From assembly GCA_014323835.1 (NCBI GenBank), contig JACONH010000001.1, positions 91,009 to 155,008 of the forward strand: DNA of 64,000 nt, written 5' to 3'. A program made the position numbers and the translations under genes. Under the pieces are notes generated by a model, which saw only the letters and a list, made by a program, of their open reading frames with translations, was not told the DNA's origin and ran no database searches. Source of the stretch: Alphaproteobacteria bacterium GM202ARS2 (GTDB lineage Bacteria; Pseudomonadota; Alphaproteobacteria; GM7ARS4). Shown here in pieces: positions 13,174 through 27,084 of this stretch (positions are counted from its first letter, which is position 1; each line of letters opens with the position of its first letter).

Positions 13174-13548
13174 TCACTTAGGACGCTTGACGCCATACTT
13201 AGAACGTCCCTTGTTACGCCCTTTTTGCACCCCTTGCGTATCAAGGGTGCCACGCACAATATGATAGCGCACACCAGGTAAATCCTTCACTCGACCGCCA
13301 CGAATCGTCACAATAGAGTGCTCTTGCAGATTATGCCCTTCGCCCGGGATGTAACTGGTAACCTCGAAGCCGTTGCTGAGCCGCACTCTTGCCACTTTGC
13401 GTAAAGCCGAATTCGGCTTCTTAGGAGTCGTCGTATACACGCGGGTACACACCCCGCGCTTTTGCGGGCAACTTTGCAAGGCAGGCACCTTGTTACGTCT
13501 CATCACCTTACGGCGCGGTTTGCGCACCAACTGGTTGACTGTTGGCAT
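13174..13548 (-). CDS. rpsL: 30S ribosomal protein S12
   Basis: Starts [14 protein letters not shown] at the ATG 13546-13548. The listed ORF has a spurious upstream extension. Confidence 0.93.
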   Translation of the reverse strand: MPTVNQLVRKPRRKVMRRNKVPALQSCPQKRGVCTRVYTTTPKKPNSALRKVARVRLSNGFEVTSYIPGEGHNLQEHSIVTIRGGRVKDLPGVRYHIVRGTLDTQGVQKGRNKGRSKYGVKRPK

Positions 13549-13713
13549 CATTCGTCTCCGTGTACGTCTCAAAAACCACAGAAAAAAGCACCACCACGAA
13601 CGCAAGGCATACCCTTACGCCCTTTATGTCCTACCCCTCAACTTTGGTAGAGCCTTCCGTTACTGCAGCACACCTTGTTATAAGCAGGGGAAAGGGGAGT
13701 CGTCAAGAAAAAA

Positions 13714-16700
13714 TCATTCCTCGACTTCTTCGACATTGTCTGCCGTGTCGTCTTTTTTCTCTACGGGTGTTTCTAAAGCCATCGCCTTTTTATTGCGTTT
13801 TTCTGTGTGTTCGATGTCTAAGGCCCGTGCTTGTGCCATGACTCCTTGCACGTAGCGTCCCGTGCCTGCTGGCACAAGACGTCCAACAATGACGTTCTCT
13901 TTTAAGCCTTCCAGCTTATCGATTTTTCCAGACACCGCCGCCTCTGTCAGAACACGAGTCGTTTCTTGGAAAGATGCCGCCGAAATAAACGACTTGGTAT
14001 GTAGAGACGCTTTCGTGATGCCCAAAAGAACAGGATGCGCTCTCGGCAGACGACGTTTTTCACTTTCTAACTTGGCACAGACCCGCTCAAAGTGGTACTT
14101 GTCCGGCTGCTCACCAATCATGAAGGTACTATCGCCGCTCTCGATAACTTCGACTTTCTGCATCATCTGCCGCACGATAACCTCGATGTGTTTGTCGTTA
14201 ATTTTGACACCCTGAGCTCGATAGATGGCTTGCACCTCGGTTATCAGTTCATTTGCCATTTTCTCGACACCCTGAATAGCCAAAATAGCATTCAAAGAGG
14301 GCGTGCCGTCCGTCAACGGATCACCCCTATCAATGGGCGCGCCGTCTTGCACCTCGAGATACTTATCTTTGGCAATAAGAAACTCCTCGAGCATCTTGTC
14401 GTTGTCGTCAACAATAGCGACCTTACGCTTCGATTTATGGTCTTTCGTATCAATTTTGACATGTCCGCTGACGCCAGCAATAATCGCCTCATTTTTGGGC
14501 TTGCGTGCCTCAAAAATTTCGGCAACCCGCGGCAGACCCCCCGTAATATCACGGGTCTTCGTCGGTTCTCGTGCCAGTCGTGCTAAAATGTCGCCGGCTT
14601 TGACGTGCGTGCCCTCCTCCACAGACAGCACAGTGCCCACCATTAAGCCATAAGAGTGCATCTCTTCATCTTTTTTACCGTCTTTCGAGGCACGTATGAC
14701 GATGCTCGGCTTCAATGACGACCCTTTCGTGCCTGCTTTGCTATCAATAATCACTTTGTTGGCAATGCCCGTTATGTCGTCCGTCTCCTCACGAATCGAC
14801 ACACCATCGACAATATCGTGGTAATGGACGTAGCCGTCATACTCGGTAATCACCGGCTGCGTATACGGTGCCCATTCGGCAACCAACGTGTTTTGCTTGA
14901 CCTTAGAGCCGTCTTTGACGAGCAAGCGCGCCCCATAAGGAATACGGTGCTTGACACGTTCCTTGCCGTCCACCTTAAGAACAAGGCGCCCATGGCGTGA
15001 CATGACGACTTGTCGCCCTTTTGAGTCTACGACCAGCCGTGAATCTTGCACTTCCACTGTGCCGTCAATACGAGCATGGATTCCCGATTTTTCCGAGCCG
15101 CGCTGTGCCGCACCACCAATATGGAAGGTGCGCATCGTCAATTGTGTGCCGGGCTCGCCAATCGATTGTGCCGCAATGACTCCAACAGCTTCGCCAATAT
15201 TGACCAACGAGCCACGAGCCAAATCACGACCATAACATTTCGCACAGCAGCCGCGCGGCGATTGACAGAGCAACACCGAACGCACCTTGACGCGTGTCAG
15301 ACTCGCATCCTCAATCTTCCTAAGAAGAGCCTCATCAATCAGGTCATTGCGCTTGGCAATAATCTTGCCACTTTCCGGGTCTTTCAGATCTTCGGCAAGA
15401 CAGCGTCCCAAAATACGGTCGGCTAGGGACTCAATTTCTTGGTCGCCATCCGTTGCTGCCTCTATGACAAGGCCCTCCTCGGTGCCGCAGTCGTCCTCGC
15501 AAACGATACAATCTTGTGCCACGTCCACAAGACGCCGCGTCAAATAGCCCGAATTAGCCGTCTTCAGTGCCGTATCCGCCAATCCTTTGCGCGCACCATG
15601 AGTCGAGTTAAAATACTCGAGAACAGTTAAGCCTTCCTTGAAATTCGAGATAATCGGCGTCTCAATAATTTCACCCGAGGGCTTCGTCATCAAACCACGC
15701 ATGCCTGCCAACTGTTTAATCTGCGTTGGCGACCCACGAGCACCAGAGTGTGCCATCATATAAACCGAATTTGTTTCTGTCGCCGTCGATAAGTCCTCCT
15801 TTTTGGGCGACATCTCTCGCATCATGTGTTCGGCAACTTTCTCGGTGCACCGAGTCCATACATCAACGACTTTGTTGTATTTCTCGCCTTGCGTTATCAA
15901 CCCATCAAGATACTGTTGCTCGTATTCTTTCGCTGCTTTTTGTGCCGATTCAATCAGACGTCCCTTATCCTTCGGGATAATCAAATCATCCTTACCAAAA
16001 GAGATGCCCGAACGACAGGCTTCACGGAAACCAAGTCCCATCAATTTATCTGCCAGCACCACCGTTTCCTTCTGTCCACAATGGCGATACACTGTGTCAA
16101 TAATGTTACTAATCTCCTGCTTGTCTAATACTTTATTAACAAGAGAAAACTTGATACGCGGGTGCCTCGGCAAAACATCGGCAATAATCATACGCCCCGG
16201 GGTTGTCTCCACCGATTGTGCCTGCACTTTGCCTTTCTCATCGACAGTAACGAAGCGGGAGCGAATCGGCGTATGCAGGGAACACGCCCCACAATTCAGT
16301 GCGTGCATAATCTCGCCAATATCAAGCAAAATCGGCTTGTTCGTGTCGCTTTGTTTATGCTCGTCAATCAGGCTTAAATAATACAGGCCCAGAACAATAT
16401 CCTGACTCGCCCCTATGACCGGGTGACCATTGGCGGGCGACAAAATGTTGTTACTGGACATCATCAACACCCGTGCTTCGAGGCGCGCTTCCAGCGATAA
16501 CGGCACATGCACCGCCATCTGGTCGCCATCGAAGTCGGCATTAAACGCCGCACAAACCAGAGGATGCAACTGAATCGCTTTACCTTCAACCAACAAAGGT
16601 TCAAATGCCTGTATGCCAAGACGATGCAACGTTGGTGCCCGATTCAGCAACACCGGGTGCTCACGGATAACCCGCTCGAGAATATCCCACACCTCACGTC

Positions 16701-17922
16701 TTTCCCGCTCCACCATCTTTTTGGCTGCTTTGATGGTCGGTGACGCATGGTGACGCTCCAGCTCAGAGTAAATAAACGGACGGAACAACTCCAATGCCAT
16801 ACGCTTAGGAATACCGCACTGGTGCAACTTCAAGTTGGGCCCGACAACAATGACCGAACGTCCCGAGTAATCGACTCGTTTGCCCAGTAAGTTTTGACGG
16901 AAACGACCTTGCTTGCCCTTCAGCATGTCCGACAAGGATTTCAGCGGCCGACGATTCGAACCGCTAATGACCCGCCCCCGCCGTCCATTATCGAACAGCG
17001 CATCGACCGATTCCTGCAACATACGTTTTTCGTTGCGCACAATAATACCCGGGGCACGTAGTTCCTCCAGACGCTTCAAGCGGTTGTTACGGCTAATGAC
17101 CCGCCGATACAAATCATTCAAATCTGAAGTGGCAAAACGACCGCCCTCCATCGGAACAAGAGGACGCAAGTCCGGCGAAATCACCGGCAAAACATCCATA
17201 ATCATCCACTCAGGACGAGAACCCGAACGGATAAACAGCTCAATGACCTTTAGACGCTTAATGTACTTACGCCGTTTCGTCTCTGATGCCGTCTCATAGA
17301 TGTTTTTACGCAACGTATCTCGTTCTCTTTCTAAATCAATGTCCTGTAGCATCGATTGCAACGCTTCCGCACCAATGGATGCCTTAAAGGCATCGCCGTA
17401 CTGGTCTTTGGCTTCTTCATACTCATTTTCACTGAGGAGGTGCCCGCGATGAAACTCTTTGATGGTGCCCGGCTCGGTCACAACATATTTCTCAAAATAG
17501 AGAATCGACTCAATCGCTCGCAACGTCATATCCACCATCAAGCCAATACGACTCGGCAGAGCCTTCAAAAACCAAATATGAGCCACCGGCGATTGCAAAA
17601 CAATGTGTCCCATACGCTCACGACGCACCTTCGACAACGTCACCTCAACGCCGCACTTCTCGCAAATGAGCCCTCGATGCTTCATGCGGCGATACTTCCC
17701 GCACAGACACTCGTAATCTTTCACCGGACCAAAAATCTTCGCACAAAAAAGACCGCCATTTTCAGGCTTGAATGTCCGATAGTTAATCGTCTCAGGCTTA
17801 ACGACCTCGCCGCGACTCCACGAACGTATGTCCTCAGGGTTAGCAATAGAGATGCTAATTTGATTGAACGGCGACTTGTCCGATGATTGCGGGAATTGCT
17901 GGATAAATCCGTTATCTGTCAT
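13714..17922 (-). CDS. rpoC: DNA-directed RNA polymerase subunit beta' with short acidic C-terminal tail
   Basis: 1402 aa; NADFDGD catalytic motif and zinc-ribbon CxxC motifs. Confidence 0.97.
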   Translation of the reverse strand: MTDNGFIQQFPQSSDKSPFNQISISIANPEDIRSWSRGEVVKPETINYRTFKPENGGLFCAKIFGPVKDYECLCGKYRRMKHRGLICEKCGVEVTLSKVRRERMGHIVLQSPVAHIWFLKALPSRIGLMVDMTLRAIESILYFEKYVVTEPGTIKEFHRGHLLSENEYEEAKDQYGDAFKASIGAEALQSMLQDIDLERERDTLRKNIYETASETKRRKYIKRLKVIELFIRSGSRPEWMIMDVLPVISPDLRPLVPMEGGRFATSDLNDLYRRVISRNNRLKRLEELRAPGIIVRNEKRMLQESVDALFDNGRRGRVISGSNRRPLKSLSDMLKGKQGRFRQNLLGKRVDYSGRSVIVVGPNLKLHQCGIPKRMALELFRPFIYSELERHHASPTIKAAKKMVERERREVWDILERVIREHPVLLNRAPTLHRLGIQAFEPLLVEGKAIQLHPLVCAAFNADFDGDQMAVHVPLSLEARLEARVLMMSSNNILSPANGHPVIGASQDIVLGLYYLSLIDEHKQSDTNKPILLDIGEIMHALNCGACSLHTPIRSRFVTVDEKGKVQAQSVETTPGRMIIADVLPRHPRIKFSLVNKVLDKQEISNIIDTVYRHCGQKETVVLADKLMGLGFREACRSGISFGKDDLIIPKDKGRLIESAQKAAKEYEQQYLDGLITQGEKYNKVVDVWTRCTEKVAEHMMREMSPKKEDLSTATETNSVYMMAHSGARGSPTQIKQLAGMRGLMTKPSGEIIETPIISNFKEGLTVLEYFNSTHGARKGLADTALKTANSGYLTRRLVDVAQDCIVCEDDCGTEEGLVIEAATDGDQEIESLADRILGRCLAEDLKDPESGKIIAKRNDLIDEALLRKIEDASLTRVKVRSVLLCQSPRGCCAKCYGRDLARGSLVNIGEAVGVIAAQSIGEPGTQLTMRTFHIGGAAQRGSEKSGIHARIDGTVEVQDSRLVVDSKGRQVVMSRHGRLVLKVDGKERVKHRIPYGARLLVKDGSKVKQNTLVAEWAPYTQPVITEYDGYVHYHDIVDGVSIREETDDITGIANKVIIDSKAGTKGSSLKPSIVIRASKDGKKDEEMHSYGLMVGTVLSVEEGTHVKAGDILARLAREPTKTRDITGGLPRVAEIFEARKPKNEAIIAGVSGHVKIDTKDHKSKRKVAIVDDNDKMLEEFLIAKDKYLEVQDGAPIDRGDPLTDGTPSLNAILAIQGVEKMANELITEVQAIYRAQGVKINDKHIEVIVRQMMQKVEVIESGDSTFMIGEQPDKYHFERVCAKLESEKRRLPRAHPVLLGITKASLHTKSFISAASFQETTRVLTEAAVSGKIDKLEGLKENVIVGRLVPAGTGRYVQGVMAQARALDIEHTEKRNKKAMALETPVEKKDDTADNVEEVEE

Positions 17923-20900
17923 GACGTTTCTCCTGTGAGCGGGTCGCCTTCTTTCGGGCTTTCTTTCGGGTTGTCCCCCACGTTGTTTTCTGTGTCGTCT
18001 TCTGAGTGTGCTTCTGTCTCCTGAGACTCAGAAGAAGCTGGAGTCTCTGCCTGTGCGTCTGGGGCGGGCGCCGACAGAATCGGCGGGTTGTAACCCTCAA
18101 AGATAAGATCATCGTCATTTGACTCCTCGTCATCTTCGCCATGCTCGAGACGCACATTCAAGCCGAGAGAACGCAGTTCCATAACCAGAACGTTGAATGA
18201 TTCAGGCACGCCCGATTCGAAGTCGTGGCTCCCGCGCACAATTGTCTCGTAGGCTTTCGTGCGTCCAGCAACATCGTCCGACTTAATGGTCAACATTTCC
18301 TGCAACGTATGGGCCGCGCCGTAGGCTTCCAAAGCCCAAACCTCCATTTCGCCAAAACGCTGTCCACCAAACTGCGCCTTACCGCCAAGAGGCTGCTGAG
18401 TCACCAAGCTATACGTGCCAATCGAGCGCGCATGAATCTTATCATCAACAAGATGGTGCAACTTCAACATATAAATATAACCCACCGTGACAGGACGCTC
18501 GAAGATCTCGCCGGTCTGCCCATCAATCAATGTGACCTGCCCGCTACTTTTCAGACCCGCCGTCTTCAACATCGAGACAATATCATCCTCACGGGCACCA
18601 TCAAAAACCGGTGTCGCAAAAGGGATACCCTTCTCGAGAGTCTGTGCCAGTGCAACCATATCTTTGTCTCTCGTAAACCCTGCCTTCTTGAGGGCATCCG
18701 ACGTATAAGTCGACTCAAGAGTCGAGCGAATCGTCTGCAAACTCTTTTCCTGTACGTCTTGTTTCTGTCCCTGTTGCTGATAAGCCGTCACAAGCTCGGC
18801 AATACGTTTGCCGAGTCCCACCGATGCCCAGCCAAGATGAGTCTCTAAAATCTGCCCAACATTCATACGAGACGGCACACCAAGCGGGTTCAAAACAATA
18901 TCCACAGGTGTGCCATCTTGCGTGTACGGCATGTCCTCAATCGGCATAATCTTGGAAATCACGCCTTTGTTGCCGTGTCTGCCCGCGACTTTGTCGCCGG
19001 GTTGAATCTTGCGTTTGACCGCAACAAACACTTTGATTGTCTTGAGAACGCCAGGGGCTAACTCGTCGCCTTCGTGGATACGTTCTTCCTTGTTGCCAAA
19101 GTTTTTATCGTTGCGCGCCGTCTTTTCTTTCAGGTCTTTGCGCACCGCATCGATAGTCGTCATGGCTTCTTCGCTGACAACATCGATTTTCTTCCACAAA
19201 TCGGCATCCAACGTTGCCAGAATCTCTTCCGTCAACACAGTGCCTTTTTTCAAATCGCCCACAGTTTTGCTGACTTTTTGTCCTCGTAACAGCTCCTGCA
19301 TGCGTTGTCGATAGCCGCGCTCGAGAATATGGCGCACATCGTCTCGTTCTTTGACCAGTCGCCTAATATCGCTGTTTTCGCTGGCAACCAACCTGTCGTC
19401 TTTATCGATGCCCGCTCGTGAAAAGACGCGCACCTCAATGACTGTCCCCGATACGCCGGGCGGCAGACGCAACGAGGTATCACGCACGCTCGATGCCTTT
19501 TCGCCAAAAATAGCCCGCAACAGCTTTTCCTCAGGAGTCAAAGGCGTCTCGCCCTTGGGCGTTACCTTGCCCACAAGAATGTCGCCGGGATGCACCTCCG
19601 CACCCACATGAACAATGCCCACTTCATCCAACTGGCTTAAAGCATCCTCGCTGACATTGGGGATATCACGGGTGATTTCCTCGGGGCCCAGCTTGGTATC
19701 TCGCGCGGAGACATCGAATTCCTCAATATGAATCGATGTAAACACATCGTCACGCACGATGCGCTCAGAAATTAAAACCGAATCCTCAAAGTTATAGCCT
19801 TTCCATGGCATGAACGCCGCTAGCAGATTTCGCCCCAAAGCCAGCTCTCCCTTATCCGTAGACGGCCCATCGGCAATAATATCACCTTTGTCGAGTCGGT
19901 CGCCTCTTTTAACCAGTGGACGCTGATTGATACACGTATTTTGATTCGAGCGTTGGAATTTACGCAAGTTATAAATATCCACGCCAAGAGGCGATGACTC
20001 GGATTCACCTGTCGCTCTTATGACGATACGGTTGGCGTCCACTTGGTCTACGATACCGCCGTGGCGCGCCACCAGTGCCGCCGACGAATCGCGAGCAACA
20101 ACGCTCTCCATGCCTGTGCCGACCAGCGGCGCTTCGCTGACAATCAAAGGCACAGCTTGGCGTTGCATATTCGAGCCCATCAACGCACGGTTGGCATCGT
20201 CATTCTCCAAAAAAGGTATCAAAGCCGCCGCAACCGACACCAGCTGGCGCGGCGACACATCCATATAATCCACCTCGTGCGGCGGACACATGACCAACTC
20301 GCCGCCTTCACGGCAGACAATCAAGTCGCCCACCAGACGTCCCTTTTCGTCCACCTCAGCATTCGATTGCGCCACCTTACAACGCGATTCCTTATCGGCA
20401 GACAAATACTCCACGTCATGAAGGGCGCGTCCCTTGTCCACTTTGCGGTAGGGCGTTTCGATAAAGCCGTGATGGTTGACCCGCGCATAGGTCGCCAAAG
20501 AACTAATCAAACCAATGTTGGGCCCCTCAGGGGTCTCCACCGGGCATATCCGTCCGTAGTGCGTGGGATGCACATCGCGCACCTCGAAACCCGCTCGTTC
20601 CCGAGTTAAGCCACCAGGGCCTAGTGCCGACACGCGCCGTTTGTGCGTAATCTCCGACAAAGGATTGGTCTGATCCATGAACTGCGACAGCTGGGACGAG
20701 CCAAAGAACTCTCGTATCGCCGCAACAACAGGCTTGGCATTCATCAGGTCGTTGGGCATCATGCCACTGATATCACCGATAGACCCCATGCGTTCTCGTA
20801 TAGCCCGTTGCATCCGCAACAAGCCTTGTCGATATTGGTTTTCGAGCAACTCGCCCACCGCCCGCACTCGCCGATTACGCAGATTATCGATGTCGTCCAC

Positions 20901-22589
20901 ATCGCCTCGCCCATCTCGTAACGCTGCCAACGTCTCAATGACCTTGCAGATGTCCTCGATTCGCAGGGTTCTTTTCTCGTCGGGACACGTCATATCGAGT
21001 CGCTCGTTCATCTTGAAGCGCCCGACCTCGGACAAGTCATAACGTTCGTCCTCGAAGAGCATTTGCCTCAGCATTGCCCGTGCCGCATCAGGAGTCGGCG
21101 GCTCGCCCGGGCGTAACACCCGATACAGCTCGTTCAAAGCATCCTCAGGAGTCTTGTTTTTATCAACAGCAAGCGTATTGCGGAGCCAAGGGCCAACGCG
21201 CACGCCATCAATATCCAGCATCGCGATGCTCTTGCTTCCTGTCATCACCGCATCAATATCATCCAGATCGAGGGCATGACCCGCCTCAAAATGACGTCCA
21301 AAAGAATAATGAATGACAAAATCATCTTTCTCATTCGAATCAACCTCATGACTGTCGCCAGCAAGAAGAGGCACCAAGCGATTCATGACCTGCGTGCATA
21401 GCTTCAAGCAGTCTGAGTCGCCCTTTTTCATCTTTTTGCAGACGTCTTTTGCCGATACCTCAAGGGCTTTTTTCTTTTGCTTTTGAGCCGTCGCCAACTC
21501 GCCCAAAATGTGTCGGGCGATGTCGATATCTTCACCGTTGCTCTTTTTTGCTGCTGTACCCCCTTTCATCGATTCGAGCACAGCATCAATGTTTATGGGC
21601 TCAACAGGAATGTCAAGACTCGTTGCCAAATAATGCCCGTAAATGGCATCCATAGGCAGAATAACGTTCTTTAAGCCTTCCCCCACCAGCTTTTTGGCTT
21701 GCACCGGCGACAACCTTTTGCCCTTTTTGACCAGAACAGTGCCATTGCGAGCATCCACTAAATCATGAATAAGACGCACGCCAGCATAACGCTCGGCATC
21801 ATAGGGAATTTGCCAGCCCTCCTTCTTTTTCGTCCAGACGACCGTCTTATAGAAACGGCTGAGAATCTCCTGCTGGGTAAAGTGTACAGGTGCGTCCTTT
21901 TTGGACGCATCTTCTAAGTCGACACTCTTATCAAGAGCCATCAATAACGTCGAGACCAGTATTTTACGTTTACGGTCAATGCGCACATAAATCAGGTCTT
22001 TGACGTCAAACTCAAAATCGACCCATGAGCCTCGATAGGGAATGATGCGCGCCTCATACAACAACTTCCCCGACGCATGGGTTCTGCCTTTATCATGGTC
22101 GAAAAAGACCCCCGGGCTGCGGTGCATCTGCGATACCACCACTCGAGTGGTGCCATTGACAATAAACGTACCCTCATCGGTCATGACCGGCATCTCGCCC
22201 ATATAAACCGTCTGATCTTTGAATTCCCGCACCTTACGGGTGCCAGTTTCTTCCTCCGTGTCATAAATGCCCAAACGCAAATGCACCTTGAGCGGCGACG
22301 CATAAGAAATGCCGCGCCGCTGACACTCGGAAACGTCATATTTTGGCTCTTCGAATTCATAAGAGATAAAGTGCAATGTCGCACGCCTAGCGTAATCCTC
22401 AATCGGGAATGTTGACGCAAAAACCGCTTGCAGACCTTTATTGTTGCGTTTCTGCTTGGTAACGCCTTTCTGCAAAAACCGATCATACGACTGCTTTTGC
22501 ATGTCGATTAAATCCGGCATGGCAGCAATAAGAGGCAACCGCCCAAAAGATTTACGTAAAGATTGGCGCGTGAGAACTGTTTTGCTCAT
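17919..22589 (-). CDS. rpoB: DNA-directed RNA polymerase subunit beta. Unusually long at 1556 aa, with an internal lineage-specific insertion and a ~65-aa acidic C-terminal tail
   Basis: Conserved beta blocks ([23 protein letters not shown], rifampicin region). 4-bp overlap with rpoC. Confidence 0.97.
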   Translation of the reverse strand: MSKTVLTRQSLRKSFGRLPLIAAMPDLIDMQKQSYDRFLQKGVTKQKRNNKGLQAVFASTFPIEDYARRATLHFISYEFEEPKYDVSECQRRGISYASPLKVHLRLGIYDTEEETGTRKVREFKDQTVYMGEMPVMTDEGTFIVNGTTRVVVSQMHRSPGVFFDHDKGRTHASGKLLYEARIIPYRGSWVDFEFDVKDLIYVRIDRKRKILVSTLLMALDKSVDLEDASKKDAPVHFTQQEILSRFYKTVVWTKKKEGWQIPYDAERYAGVRLIHDLVDARNGTVLVKKGKRLSPVQAKKLVGEGLKNVILPMDAIYGHYLATSLDIPVEPINIDAVLESMKGGTAAKKSNGEDIDIARHILGELATAQKQKKKALEVSAKDVCKKMKKGDSDCLKLCTQVMNRLVPLLAGDSHEVDSNEKDDFVIHYSFGRHFEAGHALDLDDIDAVMTGSKSIAMLDIDGVRVGPWLRNTLAVDKNKTPEDALNELYRVLRPGEPPTPDAARAMLRQMLFEDERYDLSEVGRFKMNERLDMTCPDEKRTLRIEDICKVIETLAALRDGRGDVDDIDNLRNRRVRAVGELLENQYRQGLLRMQRAIRERMGSIGDISGMMPNDLMNAKPVVAAIREFFGSSQLSQFMDQTNPLSEITHKRRVSALGPGGLTRERAGFEVRDVHPTHYGRICPVETPEGPNIGLISSLATYARVNHHGFIETPYRKVDKGRALHDVEYLSADKESRCKVAQSNAEVDEKGRLVGDLIVCREGGELVMCPPHEVDYMDVSPRQLVSVAAALIPFLENDDANRALMGSNMQRQAVPLIVSEAPLVGTGMESVVARDSSAALVARHGGIVDQVDANRIVIRATGESESSPLGVDIYNLRKFQRSNQNTCINQRPLVKRGDRLDKGDIIADGPSTDKGELALGRNLLAAFMPWKGYNFEDSVLISERIVRDDVFTSIHIEEFDVSARDTKLGPEEITRDIPNVSEDALSQLDEVGIVHVGAEVHPGDILVGKVTPKGETPLTPEEKLLRAIFGEKASSVRDTSLRLPPGVSGTVIEVRVFSRAGIDKDDRLVASENSDIRRLVKERDDVRHILERGYRQRMQELLRGQKVSKTVGDLKKGTVLTEEILATLDADLWKKIDVVSEEAMTTIDAVRKDLKEKTARNDKNFGNKEERIHEGDELAPGVLKTIKVFVAVKRKIQPGDKVAGRHGNKGVISKIMPIEDMPYTQDGTPVDIVLNPLGVPSRMNVGQILETHLGWASVGLGKRIAELVTAYQQQGQKQDVQEKSLQTIRSTLESTYTSDALKKAGFTRDKDMVALAQTLEKGIPFATPVFDGAREDDIVSMLKTAGLKSSGQVTLIDGQTGEIFERPVTVGYIYMLKLHHLVDDKIHARSIGTYSLVTQQPLGGKAQFGGQRFGEMEVWALEAYGAAHTLQEMLTIKSDDVAGRTKAYETIVRGSHDFESGVPESFNVLVMELRSLGLNVRLEHGEDDEESNDDDLIFEGYNPPILSAPAPDAQAETPASSESQETEAHSEDDTENNVGDNPKESPKEGDPLTGETS

Positions 22590-22703
22590 GGACGTTGTGT
22601 TCCTCGATGTGTATCAGAGACGCGCAGGCGCGCGCGTATGCGGGCTTTTAGCCTCTTGTTGCCCCCTCTTGTTCGTTGCCACCCTAGTTTCAAGTTGCCC
22701 TCT

Positions 22704-23081
22704 TTATGTTAGCTCCACAGTCGCACCGACACCTTCCAGTTTCTTCTTAATCTCCTCAGCTTCGGCTTTTGGCACGCCTTCCTTGATAGGCTTGGGTGCT
22801 GCTTCGACAAGATCCTTGGCATCTTTGAGTCCGAGCTCCGTTAAGGCACGCACCTCTTTGATGACATCAATCTTTTTATCGCCCACGGCTTTTAAGACAA
22901 TCGTAAAGGCTTTGTCCTCGTCAGCCGCTTCGGCTTCACCTCCAGCAGCAGGGGCAGCAGCAACAGCGACCGGCGCTGCGGCACTCACCCCCCACTTTTC
23001 TTCCAACAGCTTCGTCAATTCTGCCGCCTCAATGACGGTCAGCTTCGACAGCTGGTCTACGATTTTGTTCAGGTCGGTCAT
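22704..23081 (-). CDS. rplL: 50S ribosomal protein L7/L12
   Basis: 125 aa; Ala-rich hinge and conserved CTD. Confidence 0.95.
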   Translation of the reverse strand: MTDLNKIVDQLSKLTVIEAAELTKLLEEKWGVSAAAPVAVAAAPAAGGEAEAADEDKAFTIVLKAVGDKKIDVIKEVRALTELGLKDAKDLVEAAPKPIKEGVPKAEAEEIKKKLEGVGATVELT

Positions 23082-23108
23082 TGTTTGTCGTGTCTCCCTT
23101 ACTCGTGG

Positions 23109-23627
23109 TTATTGCGGTTTGCTTGCGGTCATCTGCGCGATTCGCCTGATGGGCTCTCGCATCAGCCTAGCCAAGTTGCCTGCGGGCGTCTGTAGTAAAC
23201 CAATCAGACCCGCCCGCAAAACATCCAAAGACGGCAATGTAGCCAATTGTTTGACCGTTGCCAAGTCGATGATTGTGCCATCACAGACCCCTCCTCGTAT
23301 AGTGATTTTCCCTTCATGGTCTTTGGCAAAGTCATGGACGACTCGAGCCGCACTGATGCCGTCTTCACTGAAAGCAATCGCACTTTGTCCGACAAACATG
23401 CTCAACAACGGGTCCTTCACCTCTTGTTGTGTATCATCGAAACTATGAGTCATCAACCTATTCTTGACTACCTTAAAGCGTCCGCCTTCTTTACGCAACT
23501 GTTTACGTAGCTGCTCTGATTCGGCAACCGACAGCGCGCCGCGCTCGACGACAACCAAAAGAGCCATCTTGCCCGATAAGGCTTTAACATCATCAATCAT
23601 CTGCTGTTTCTGAGCACGTGTCGTCAT
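23109..23627 (-). CDS. rplJ: 50S ribosomal protein L10
   Basis: 172 aa; position between L1 and L7/L12. Confidence 0.9.
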   Translation of the reverse strand: MTTRAQKQQMIDDVKALSGKMALLVVVERGALSVAESEQLRKQLRKEGGRFKVVKNRLMTHSFDDTQQEVKDPLLSMFVGQSAIAFSEDGISAARVVHDFAKDHEGKITIRGGVCDGTIIDLATVKQLATLPSLDVLRAGLIGLLQTPAGNLARLMREPIRRIAQMTASKPQ

Positions 23628-23639
23628 TGTCCATAAGCC

Positions 23640-24335
23640 TCAAGATAGGGTGCTGGGGTTGACAGGAATCCCGACACTCATGGTGGAACTGATGCTGACT
23701 CCCTTAATGTACTGCCCTTTTGTGCTTTGTGGCTTGGCTTGCAGAACGGCAGCCATCAAGGCTTTAATGTTGGCTTGCAAGTCGTCCTCCTGAAAGCTGG
23801 CTCGTCCCACTGACGCTTGCACAATGCCGCCCTTTTCTGCCCGAAACGTGACTTGCCCGCCCTTAATGGCTTTGACAGTTTTACCAATATCATCGGTCAC
23901 CGTGCCTAATTTGGGGTTGGGCATCAAGCCCTTGGGCCCCAGGACACGCCCGAGTTTGCCAACTTCAGGCATCATGTCTGGCGTTGCCAGACACCGCTCG
24001 AATTCTATTGCCTCGCCGCCCATCAGGCGTTCGACCAGTTCCTTGCCGCCGATGACATCTGCCCCTGCGGCTTTGGCTTCTTCGCTCTTTGCCGATGGGC
24101 AGAACACCGCGACCCGCACTTTTTTGCCACTGCCCTTGGGCAAGTCGGCAACACCCCGCACATTCTGGTCGGAATGTTTGGTATCAATGCCGAGTCGCAC
24201 CGCCACATCGATGCTCTCATCGAATTTTGCCGTCGCCATTGCCCGCACCAAAGTAAGCGCCTCCGTCAGCGGATAAATCTTATCTTCTTGGACGTGCTTG
24301 AGCATCGTCTTTTGTCTTTTTGTTGGCTTTGTCAT
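23640..24335 (-). CDS. rplA: 50S ribosomal protein L1
   Basis: 231 aa L1. Confidence 0.93.
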   Translation of the reverse strand: MTKPTKRQKTMLKHVQEDKIYPLTEALTLVRAMATAKFDESIDVAVRLGIDTKHSDQNVRGVADLPKGSGKKVRVAVFCPSAKSEEAKAAGADVIGGKELVERLMGGEAIEFERCLATPDMMPEVGKLGRVLGPKGLMPNPKLGTVTDDIGKTVKAIKGGQVTFRAEKGGIVQASVGRASFQEDDLQANIKALMAAVLQAKPQSTKGQYIKGVSISSTMSVGIPVNPSTLS

Positions 24336-24790
24336 GACATCCCCTTTACATCGATGCCCATAGAGCGGGCTGTGCCAGCAATGATACGCATAGCAGCCTC
24401 GACATCATTGGCATTCAAATCTTTCTGCTTGCTTTCGGCAATGGCACGCACAGCCGCCGCATCGAGGGTCGCTGCCGCCGAGCCCCGCCCCGGGGTCGCT
24501 CCACCCTTACTGAGCTGAGCCGCCTTCTTAATCAAATAGGACGCCGGCGGCTCTTTCGTCTCAAAGTCAAAGCTCTTGTCCTTATACACCCGAATTAAGA
24601 CCGGAACAGGCGCACCCGCATCGACCGTCTTCGTCTTGTCATTAAACGCCTTGCAAAACTCCATAATGTTAATGCCTCGCTGACCTAAAGCAGGGCCCAC
24701 CGGCGGAGACGGACTGGCTTGTCCCGCAGGAATATGCAGCCGCAGCGTACCAACGACTTCCTTGCTCCCTTTCTTTTGTGCTTGTGCCAT
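24332..24790 (-). CDS. rplK: 50S ribosomal protein L11; start probably MAQAQKK
   Basis: L11 core [22 protein letters not shown]. Confidence 0.9.
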   Translation of the reverse strand: MAQAQKKGSKEVVGTLRLHIPAGQASPSPPVGPALGQRGINIMEFCKAFNDKTKTVDAGAPVPVLIRVYKDKSFDFETKEPPASYLIKKAAQLSKGGATPGRGSAAATLDAAAVRAIAESKQKDLNANDVEAAMRIIAGTARSMGIDVKGMS

Positions 24791-24810
24791 GTTCTCTACC
24801 CTCAAAAGGA

Positions 24811-25386
24811 TTATACCTTCTCCACCTGACCATAATCCAAGTCCACAGGAGTCGACCGACCAAAAATGGAAATGCTTACCTTAACACGAGTCTTTTCTTC
24901 GTCAACCTCTTCTACAACACCATCAAAAGACGTAAAGGGGCCATCACAGACACGGACACTCTCGCCAACGCTGAACGAGACAGTTGTCTTGGGACGCTCC
25001 ACTCCCTCACGCATCTGATAAAGAATACGGTCGGCTTCTTCCTTCGATATCGCCAAAGGCGTGTTCTTGTGGTCACACAAAAATCCCGTGACTTTCGGCA
25101 AATTAACGATGAACTGCTGTGCCCGTGCACTCATTTTCATGCACGTAAGAATGTAACTTGGAAAGAACTTGCGTTTTGACGTGACTTTTTCGCCCTTTTT
25201 GACTTCGACAACCTCCTCGGTCGGCACAATGACGCGCTCGAAGTTGGCTTGTAAGCCCTCCTGCATGCTTCTTTCTTCGATCATCTGTTTGACCTTGTTT
25301 TCGAAACCTGCATAGACATGGAGCACATACCACCTGAAGTCGCCCTGTTGGGGTTGCGTGTCGCTGTCGGCTTTTGTCGTATCCAT
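24811..25386 (-). CDS. nusG: Transcription termination/antitermination factor NusG
   Basis: 191 aa; NGN domain ([14 protein letters not shown]) and KOW domain; position after secE. Confidence 0.93.
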   Translation of the reverse strand: MDTTKADSDTQPQQGDFRWYVLHVYAGFENKVKQMIEERSMQEGLQANFERVIVPTEEVVEVKKGEKVTSKRKFFPSYILTCMKMSARAQQFIVNLPKVTGFLCDHKNTPLAISKEEADRILYQMREGVERPKTTVSFSVGESVRVCDGPFTSFDGVVEEVDEEKTRVKVSISIFGRSTPVDLDYGQVEKV

Positions 25387-25397
25387 GTTAGCCCCCC

Positions 25398-25598
25398 TTA
25401 TTGAACACCGAGAATCGACCGCACCGACTCGCTGATAATATAATCAGCCAGCAAGAAGAACAACGCAGCGATAATAACAAAGATGAAGACAACAACCGTC
25501 GTCATAGACGTCTCCTGTCTGTTAGGCCACGTGACTTTGAGGACTTCTCTTTTGACCTCTTCGAGAAAGCGTATCGGATTAGCCATGTTTTTGTCCAT
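25398..25598 (-). CDS. secE: Preprotein translocase subunit SecE
   Basis: 66 aa, single TM, between tRNA-Trp and nusG. Confidence 0.85.
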   Translation of the reverse strand: MDKNMANPIRFLEEVKREVLKVTWPNRQETSMTTVVVFIFVIIAALFFLLADYIISESVRSILGVQ

Positions 25599-25603
25599 TC
25601 GAG

Positions 25604-25676
25604 CAGGAGTGATAGGGATCGAACCTACAACCCCCGGTTTTGGAGACCGGTGCTCTACCAGTTGAGCTACACTCCT
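25604..25676 (-). tRNA. trnW: tRNA-Trp (anticodon CCA)
   Basis: Reverse complement AGGAGTGTAGCTCAACTGGTAGAGCACCGGTCTCCAAAACCGGGGGTTGTAGGTTCGATCCCTATCACTCCTG folds as a cloverleaf with anticodon loop CTCCAAA. Confidence 0.9.
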
Positions 25677-25762
25677 CTACCTGTGGGTGGCGACTCGCTC
25701 CACCTGTTTGCCTGCTCCCCTTTGTTGCTACCCATTGCCGCATGGTGTGTACGGTGTCGTGG

Positions 25763-26953
25763 TTATTCGATGATGTTAGCGACAACGCCCGCACCCACGG
25801 TGCGTCCGCCTTCACGAATAGCAAAGCGTAACCCTTGATCCATAGCAATGGGTGTCAGCAACTCAACAGTGAGCGTTACGTTATCGCCGGGCATGACCAT
25901 CTCGGTGCCTTTGTCCAACTCGATAGAGCCCGTCACATCCGTCGTGCGGAAGTAAAACTGCGGGCGATAGTTACCAAAGAATGGCGTATGCCGTCCACCT
26001 TCCTCCTTCTTGAGGATATAGGCTTCTGCTTTGAACTTCTTATGAGGCGTAATGCTCCCCGGGGCAGAAAGAACCTGTCCACGTTCGACTTCCTCACGCT
26101 TGGTGCCACGCAACAAGACGCCGACATTGTCGCCAGCCTCGCCTTGGTCAAGCAGCTTACGGAACATTTCGACTCCCGTGCATACGGTTTTCGTGGTGTC
26201 TTTAATGCCGACAATCTCGACTTCATCATTGACTTTAACGATACCACGCTCGACACGACCCGTTACAACCGTGCCACGTCCCGAGATAGAAAAGACATCC
26301 TCGATAGGCATCAAGAAAGGCTTGTCCCGAGGTCTATCCGGCTGCGGGATATATTCATCGACTTTTTCCATCAAAGCCGTAATGGCTTTGACGCCGGTTT
26401 CGTCATCTTTGCCTTCGAGGGCATTCAACGCCGAGCCACGCACAATGGGAATGTCATCGCCGGGAAACTCATAAGAGGTGAGCAACTCACGCAGTTCCAA
26501 CTCGACCAAATCCAACAGCTCAGCGTCATCGATTTGATCCACTTTGTTCAAAAAGACGACCATGGCTGGCACGCCCACCTGACGAGCAAGCAAAATGTGC
26601 TCCCGAGTCTGGGGCATCGCGCCATCGGAAGCGGACACCACCAAAATTGCGCCGTCCATCTGCGCCGCACCCGTAATCATGTTCTTGACATAGTCAGCAT
26701 GCCCCGGGCAGTCCACGTGAGCATAGTGACGCTTTTCAGTCTCGTACTCCACGTGCGACGTCGCAATGGTAATACCACGCTCCTTCTCCTCAGGCGCTTT
26801 GTCGATATCTTCATACTTCATCTCAGAGGCACCGCCCTTCGACGACAACACTTTGGTAATCGCCGCCGTCAACGTCGTCTTACCATGATCCACGTGACCA
26901 ATCGTGCCTATGTTACAGTGCGGTTTTGTCCGCTCAAACTTTTCTTTCGCCAT
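25763..26953 (-). CDS. tuf: Elongation factor Tu (the only copy in this cluster)
   Basis: 396 aa; [21 protein letters not shown]. Confidence 0.98.
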   Translation of the reverse strand: MAKEKFERTKPHCNIGTIGHVDHGKTTLTAAITKVLSSKGGASEMKYEDIDKAPEEKERGITIATSHVEYETEKRHYAHVDCPGHADYVKNMITGAAQMDGAILVVSASDGAMPQTREHILLARQVGVPAMVVFLNKVDQIDDAELLDLVELELRELLTSYEFPGDDIPIVRGSALNALEGKDDETGVKAITALMEKVDEYIPQPDRPRDKPFLMPIEDVFSISGRGTVVTGRVERGIVKVNDEVEIVGIKDTTKTVCTGVEMFRKLLDQGEAGDNVGVLLRGTKREEVERGQVLSAPGSITPHKKFKAEAYILKKEEGGRHTPFFGNYRPQFYFRTTDVTGSIELDKGTEMVMPGDNVTLTVELLTPIAMDQGLRFAIREGGRTVGAGVVANIIE

Positions 26954-27084
26954 AACCCGTCAACTCCTTGTTCGGTTTTTATCCATGCCCTTTTGTTTAT
27001 CCCCATCGTTATTGCCCCACTTTCTTGCCCTCACGCCTTTGCTATAAACGAAGATGCTCCGTCATGTCAAACAATAAACGCACG

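Noticed and set aside
22441-23448. 335-aa plus-strand ORF overlapping rplL/rplJ on the opposite strand
   Set aside because: It is antisense to two highly conserved r-protein genes. The Ala/Ser-rich low-complexity translation has no domain.
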